A stretch of 64,000 nt of DNA from Poseidonia sp. (GTDB taxonomy: Archaea; Thermoplasmatota; Poseidoniia; Poseidoniales; Poseidoniaceae): assembly GCA_965661285.1 (NCBI GenBank), contig CBFIDD010000004.1, positions 163,328-227,327 on the forward strand, given 5' to 3'. The notes below the pieces were generated by a model, which saw only the letters and a list, made by a program, of their open reading frames with translations, was not told the origin of the DNA and did not search any database. Shown here piece by piece: positions 59,215-64,000 of this stretch. Position 1 is the first letter of the stretch, and every line of letters begins with the position of its first letter. Made by a program: the position numbers and the translations under genes.

Positions 59215-60348
59215 CCGAGACTCAAGCCAGTTTCGAAGGCGCTGCGTACCTTCGTGAATGTTCTCAAGCGAGGTGGCATAACTGACGCGAATGAGACCTT
59301 CGCCGCCCTTCATGAGCGAGCCGGGGATCACCTGCACCTTGGCTTGCTCGAGGGCTTCGGTGGCGAATTCAATGTCCGACATCCCCGTTCCCGTGATGTC
59401 GCACAGGATGTAGAACGCCCCTTCGGGTTCAGGCACAGCGATACCGGGCAGGGACGAGAACGCCTCGTGAACGGCCAATCGGCGTTCGGCAAAGGCCGCT
59501 TCCATCACCTCAATTTCTTCGGTGAGCTCAAGGGCCTTTTCAGCGGCTGGCATCAGGAAGGTCGGTACGTGCGTAGCGGCACTGACGTTGACTTTCTTCA
59601 CCCCGTCCATGACCTCGGTCGGGCCGGTTACCCAGCCCAAACGCCACCCGGTCATGGCCCATCCTTTGGACCATCCGCCAATGGTGATGGTTCGCTCTGC
59701 ACCGCCTTCGAAGGCGCAAGGTGAGGTGTAACCGCCGTCAACCCAGACCAGCGTGGAATAGATCATGTCGTCAAGAATCCAAAGGTCATGTTTGACGGCA
59801 AAGTCAACGATGGCCTTGGTCTCTTCTCGGGTGTAAACAGCACCGGTAGGGTTGTTGGGGGAGTTGATGATGATGGCTTTGGTTTTGGCAGAGACATGGC
59901 GCTCGAGAGCGTCAAAGTCCGGGTGGTAGTTGTCTCGGCGAACGGGAACATGAATCGGTGTTGCACCGGTGAGACGAACCATGCCGTCGTAGGACGGCCA
60001 AGCGGGTGAGAGGAGAAGCACTTCATCTCCAGGAGCCATCGTGGCGAGCATGCCGTAGAGAAGCGCTTGTTTGCATCCCGGCGTAACGACGACATCATTT
60101 GCTTTGACGTTGATTTCAAACTGCGTGAGATGGCGTTGGACCGCTGAGCACAGGGACTCGGTGCCCTGGGGGCGCGTGTAGGCGGTTTCGCCGCGGTCAA
60201 GGGCGGCTTTGGCTTCGCGAACGATGGGCTCGGGGGTGTTAAAATCGGGTTGACCAACCGTAAACCGGACCACTTCAGGCCCGGGTGGGGCGAGGAATGC
60301 AGCAAACCCTGAGCCCACATCAGCAAGTCGAGGATTCAATTCCGGCAT
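59209..60348 (-). CDS. Class I/II PLP-dependent aminotransferase
   Basis: GQPDF, INSPNNPTG, DDMIY, SKGWAMTGWRLG (PLP Lys), PEGAFY. Confidence 0.93.
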   Translation of the reverse strand: MPELNPRLADVGSGFAAFLAPPGPEVVRFTVGQPDFNTPEPIVREAKAALDRGETAYTRPQGTESLCSAVQRHLTQFEINVKANDVVVTPGCKQALLYGMLATMAPGDEVLLLSPAWPSYDGMVRLTGATPIHVPVRRDNYHPDFDALERHVSAKTKAIIINSPNNPTGAVYTREETKAIVDFAVKHDLWILDDMIYSTLVWVDGGYTSPCAFEGGAERTITIGGWSKGWAMTGWRLGWVTGPTEVMDGVKKVNVSAATHVPTFLMPAAEKALELTEEIEVMEAAFAERRLAVHEAFSSLPGIAVPEPEGAFYILCDITGTGMSDIEFATEALEQAKVQVIPGSLMKGGEGLIRVSYATSLENIHEGTQRLRNWLESRS

Positions 60349-60431
60349 GCGTTTTCCTCCAGAACAGTGGTGGCTGGTCTCGTGATTTGCCTTTCAAGGC
60401 TCGTATGATATTTTCAACCTGAGAAGGGTTT

Positions 60432-60505
60432 TGGAGCACGGACGGAGATTCGAACTCCGGTCTCAGGATCTGCAGTCCCGCTCATAGCCACTCTGACATC
60501 CGTGC
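60432..60505 (-). tRNA. tRNA-Cys(GCA), CCA encoded
   Basis: Minus strand GCACGGA TG TCAGAGTGGCTATGA G CGGGA CTGCAGA TCCTG AGAC CGGAG TTCGAAT CTCCG TCCGTGC T CCA: full cloverleaf, U73 discriminator, no intron. Confidence 0.96.
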
Positions 60506-60603
60506 TGTATTCACGCCCAGTGACATGACCTATTTCAACGCGCCTTTGACCTCAGTGGCAACGTCAGAGGATTGTTTAAACGGATTCAGGTCAAGCACAT
60601 GTC

Positions 60604-61551
60604 ATGGCAGAGGCCGAAGATTCACCCGCATCTTCAACCGACGATAAGCCGTTTTTTGCCATCGATGCAGAAGATGTTGCCGAGGCCACGGCGGCTGCAA
60701 CGGCCACCACCACCGCATCATCATCGGCGACACCGCAGCCGCCGCAACCCATGATGCTCGGGACCTTGAACAATCCAAGCACGCCCTCGAGCCCTGACCC
60801 CCCTTCGGGTGCGGCGAGTGATATGAGCGCCAACCCTTGGGGGGCGCCAACGCCCCAGTTGACCGGCGCCATCAATCAGGTTCAGGGACAAGGGATGTTC
60901 GCCGTTCCTGCGCCCATTGAAGAAAAGGGGTTCAGGTGGGGGCAATTTTTCATCGGGGTTGGTGCACCGTTTTTCGTGTTCATCGTTATCGGACTCATTG
61001 GGGCTGCTTTGGAACCGTCGTGGGATGATGCCTATCGGTCTGAAGAACCGATCCTGTCGAGCGAAGACGGTTCGTATTTTCAACACCAACTTGAACTTTC
61101 AGACAACGAATACGTGACGTATTTCAATGCGTATTTTGAAGATGATGGGGATTCCATCTACCTCAACAGTGGTTGGGCTGACGATGACGAAGATGACGGC
61201 CGGGCGTTTACCATCTACCAAGATTCCCCTGACCGATTTGTGGCCATCGGCCAGTATTATCCGTCCAATCAAACCCTTTCGTTCACCTTATCTGAAACAT
61301 CCACCGATCGGCTTGAGTGTTTTGTTGAATACACGGATGTTGATTTTGAGGAACAGCAAGAACGAGCCACGGATTTCATCAATGCCATGCTTTGCTTTGC
61401 TCCTCTCGCCTTCATCATCGGGACCATCGCAGCGTTTGTCAAAGGGAATCGGGCGTTGGGCTATGGACTGATCACTTCGCTCTTTGTGGGTTTCGTGGTT
61501 TTACCGGTTCTGTTCATTGGTCTGCTGATTGTGGCGTTCAGTAGTGTGTAG
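60604..61551 (+). CDS. Hypothetical membrane protein
   Basis: Pro/Ser/Thr-rich N-terminus, one TM helix, acidic beta-rich domain, two C-terminal TM helices. Confidence 0.75.
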   Translation: MAEAEDSPASSTDDKPFFAIDAEDVAEATAAATATTTASSSATPQPPQPMMLGTLNNPSTPSSPDPPSGAASDMSANPWGAPTPQLTGAINQVQGQGMFAVPAPIEEKGFRWGQFFIGVGAPFFVFIVIGLIGAALEPSWDDAYRSEEPILSSEDGSYFQHQLELSDNEYVTYFNAYFEDDGDSIYLNSGWADDDEDDGRAFTIYQDSPDRFVAIGQYYPSNQTLSFTLSETSTDRLECFVEYTDVDFEEQQERATDFINAMLCFAPLAFIIGTIAAFVKGNRALGYGLITSLFVGFVVLPVLFIGLLIVAFSSV

Positions 61552-61559
61552 GGTTGCGT

Positions 61560-62075
61560 ATGATTCAGCACGTCCACGGCATCCCTTCCGAGCCCTATTT
61601 TCACACCCGGTACAGGGTGCTGAGAGAGCCCTTGGGCATGCCTCCGGGCAGCGAACGGCTTTCCGATGACGGCGAAGCGGTGCATGCATGGATTGAGGTT
61701 GAAGCAGAGGTGGTCGCTGTTGGCCGAGCCCACCTCATCCCGGAAGATTCCGACGGTTCAGGCGCCGACCACAAGGGACCCAATGCAGCCCGCATTCCAC
61801 CGTTTGGGCTACTTGCCGACGGGTCCGCTCAGCGGCCGGCGTTCCAAATTCGGCAGATGGGGACCTTGCCGGGCCATCAGCGCAAAGGCTACGCAGCCTG
61901 TGTTCTCGGTGAACTTGAACGTATCATGTTTGAGGAGTTTGGTTGCAAAACCGGGCTCTTGCAAGCCAGGCAGCACGCTATTCCGTTCTACGAATCGCAG
62001 GGCTGGACCGTTATCGATGAGCCCTACAACATCGGAGTTATCGGGCCACACAGGTCCATGATGAAGCGATTTTGA
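61560..62075 (+). CDS. GNAT-family acetyltransferase (ElaA/YiiD-like)
   Basis: RYRVLREPLG, QIRQMGTLPGHQRKGYA, ARQHAIPFYESQGW, PHRSMMK. Confidence 0.88.
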   Translation: MIQHVHGIPSEPYFHTRYRVLREPLGMPPGSERLSDDGEAVHAWIEVEAEVVAVGRAHLIPEDSDGSGADHKGPNAARIPPFGLLADGSAQRPAFQIRQMGTLPGHQRKGYAACVLGELERIMFEEFGCKTGLLQARQHAIPFYESQGWTVIDEPYNIGVIGPHRSMMKRF

Positions 62076-62269
62076 ACATCCAGAGTATATATCCCCTTAC
62101 TTCTTCATGTTATCATCGGCAGTTTCCATAAACGCCCATTGAATGTTAAAATGAACACATAAGACGGAACAAAAAGATGGATTTGCGCCCGAAAGAGGGA
62201 GTAGAGATGAGATCAACACCATACATAAAGACAAAAGAAAATAAAACATCCAGCACGCAGGATACAAAC

Positions 62270-63019
62270 ATGAAAGATTCTCGTTCACCGAGAAACCACG
62301 GTAAATCAAAACCCGATTTCGATTATTACGTGGCGAAAAAATACAATTCTAAATCGGAAAAGGAACGGGAATTGTATTTCCAAAAATTACTCGATGCGTT
62401 TCGAACCCTCTCCGAAGAAGCTCCTGAGGTGTTTGATTCCATTGCTCCAGAAATGCTACAGCGAAGCATTTGGTCGTGGAGAGGGGCAGACCCACTGCTT
62501 TCAAAGAAATTCAACAACTGGCTCCTCGCAGACTATCAATGGACGCCGTTCGACGACATTCTTCCAAAAGAATCCACAGATTATCGCCCTCTGGAGGTGC
62601 CGCCGCTCGACCCTGAAGATTTGACTGACGCACATCATGCCTTGATCGAAGCGCTCCAGGACCGGTTCCGTGGCGACCCGCACCGCTGGGATGCTTCCCG
62701 ACGAGATCAATTCGTCATCCTCGGCATGATGGCCACCGCAGGAGGATACGGCGTCCGTCAAGGCAAATTGATTCACAGCCTTGGCATGGGGCTTGCAGAA
62801 AGCGGTGTTCGGGGCGCCAACACCGTTCGAGCAGCAAAAATCGCCCTTTCACGGCTTGCCAAACCCTTCGGTCTGCAGCTCTTTGCGCCGGCCGTCGGCA
62901 ACGGACCGGAACGGATTCATATGTTCAGCGACGAAGAACTCGCCGATGTGATCGCTCGTTATGTGTTCAATCACGAAGCCTCCATACTTCTTCCTGCAAC
63001 CAACGTCCCTAACCTCTAG
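62270..63019 (+). CDS. Orphan hypothetical protein
   Basis: Open frame 62177-63019; start uncertain (ATG 62270 chosen); AT-rich 5' part; no motif recognised. Confidence 0.6.
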   Translation: MKDSRSPRNHGKSKPDFDYYVAKKYNSKSEKERELYFQKLLDAFRTLSEEAPEVFDSIAPEMLQRSIWSWRGADPLLSKKFNNWLLADYQWTPFDDILPKESTDYRPLEVPPLDPEDLTDAHHALIEALQDRFRGDPHRWDASRRDQFVILGMMATAGGYGVRQGKLIHSLGMGLAESGVRGANTVRAAKIALSRLAKPFGLQLFAPAVGNGPERIHMFSDEELADVIARYVFNHEASILLPATNVPNL

Positions 63020-63086
63020 GCAGATATTTGGGGCTCGATCAGGTCGTCGCGCTCTTCATATAGGGTAGGGCCATTGTATTGAGCAG

Positions 63087-63339
63087 AGGGAACGCTGGGT
63101 TCCCTATGAACGACCCGTGGAAAACGATGCAAACGGAGGATTACGTCAACAACGAAAGCAATGCACTGAACGGCCTTTTCGCAGCCAACATGCCCTGCGA
63201 AAGCAACAAGACGCCCGCTCAGATGACTTGCTTGACGTCCATTGCTGATTCAAATCAGCGTAAGCTGCGTCGAAATCCCAAATTCAGTGTTCTGACCAGT
63301 TCAGACGCCGTTTTGGAAAGAGAGAACAGCGGGTTCTCT
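63087..63339. promoter_or_regulatory. Two copies of the palindrome AG(G/A)GAAC-N5-GTTC(C/T)CT
   Basis: AGGGAAC-GCTGG-GTTCCCT at 63087-63105 and AGAGAAC-AGCGG-GTTCTCT at 63321-63339. Confidence 0.45.
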
Positions 63340-63377
63340 GTGTAAAACAACCAAAAACAAAAGGAAGTGAAAAAAAC

Positions 63378-64000
63378 ATGAAGACGAAAATGATGAGCGT
63401 GCTATTGGCTTTGTTCCTCGCCCTTTCGGCTGTTTCGGCAGCCTCGGGTGATGGTTCCGACCCCCTCGACCCCTCAGACGGCGGTGCCGACTGGGACGGC
63501 GATGGTTTGACCAACGCTGAGGAGCAATCCCAAGGCACCAACATGAACAATGCAGACAGCGATGGCGATGGTCTCCCAGACGGTTGGGAGGTTTCGAACG
63601 GACTGAACCCCACGAACGGTGGCGATGGAAACGCAGACCCTGACGGAGACGGCTTGACCAACTCCCAAGAGTATGCGAAGGGTACCAACCCGAACAACTC
63701 CGACACCGACGGTGACGGCAAGTCCGACGCAACCGACCAGTTCCCTAACGACCCCAACGACGGTGAGTTCTCTGACTCCGACGGTGACGGTATCCCTGAC
63801 GCTTACGATCCTGACTTCCAGGAGTCCGGAGCAGGCGCAGGTAACGGCGACACCGAAGGCGGCGGCGAATCCGACGCTGGTGGACAGGGCGAAGGCGAAG
63901 GCCAAGGTCAAGGACAAGGTCAGGGCCAAGGTCAAGGCCAAGGTCAAGGCCAAGGTCAAGGCCAAGGTCAAGGCCAAGGTCAAGGCCAAGGTCAAGGCCA
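63378..64000 (+). CDS. Secreted TSP3-like Ca-binding repeat protein with (GQ)n tract; 3' end outside window
   Basis: My translation: MKTKMMSVLLALFLALSAVSAASGDGSDPLDPSDGGADWDGDGLTNAEE...DSDGDGLPDGWE...DPDGDGLTNSQE...DTDGDGKSD...DSDGDGIPDAYD...GEGEGQGQGQ. No stop before 64000, so it is absent from the ORF track. Confidence 0.88.
   Translation, partial: MKTKMMSVLLALFLALSAVSAASGDGSDPLDPSDGGADWDGDGLTNAEEQSQGTNMNNADSDGDGLPDGWEVSNGLNPTNGGDGNADPDGDGLTNSQEYAKGTNPNNSDTDGDGKSDATDQFPNDPNDGEFSDSDGDGIPDAYDPDFQESGAGAGNGDTEGGGESDAGGQGEGEGQGQGQGQGQGQGQGQGQGQGQGQGQGQGQGQG
63900..64000 (+). repeat. Coding Gly-Gln dipeptide repeat, mostly 12-nt GGCCAAGGTCAA units
   Basis: At least 16 GQ units up to the window edge. 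Confidence 0.95.

Noticed and set aside
60432-60505. Integrated element at tRNA-Cys
   Set aside because: No integrase, and I found no duplicate of the tRNA 3' end; flanking genes are ordinary.
63079-63345. 88-aa ORF between the orphan gene and the TSP3 gene
   Set aside because: TTG start, no motif or codon bias, and it overlaps both palindromes; more likely non-coding.
63474-63995. Minus-strand (LALT)n ORF
   Set aside because: Antisense reading of the GQ repeat; the plus frame has a signal peptide and TSP3 motifs.

Overview
Gene-dense, GC-rich archaeal chromosome segment. It most likely comes from a Marine Group II euryarchaeon (Ca. Poseidoniales), inferred from archaeal markers (eL20/LX, prefoldin alpha, thermosome, archaeal DnaG, GGGP synthase) combined with a proteorhodopsin, TSP3-repeat surface proteins, a PGF-type sorting signal and many bacterial-type genes (uvrA, purH/purN, RluA). 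It holds about 57 CDSs, mostly housekeeping (purine synthesis, Moco, repair, enolase, FtsY), and one tRNA-Cys. I saw no CRISPR array, rRNA, transposase or integrase. The most interesting signal is a possible undescribed cytoskeletal system. (i) A clearly MamK-like actin (15085-16089) is followed by a long coiled-coil protein. (ii) A 697-aa 'hypothetical' protein (31104-33197) aligns by eye, motif after motif and in order, with CetZ/FtsZ/tubulin but has lost the GGGTGSG signature. It lies between a membrane protein carrying 44 consecutive Asp and a divergent chaperonin paralogue. Other points: a DTK-motif rhodopsin, a tail-anchored pseudo-receiver, an (EEARLA)x26 rod protein, a candidate three-way-junction RNA leader on dnaG, a fasciclin-cupredoxin / HmuY-like / PQQ-type dehydrogenase surface cluster, and an unannotated secreted TSP3/(GQ)n ORF running off the right end. 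All homology calls rest on motif recognition and reference sequences recalled from memory; no searches were run.
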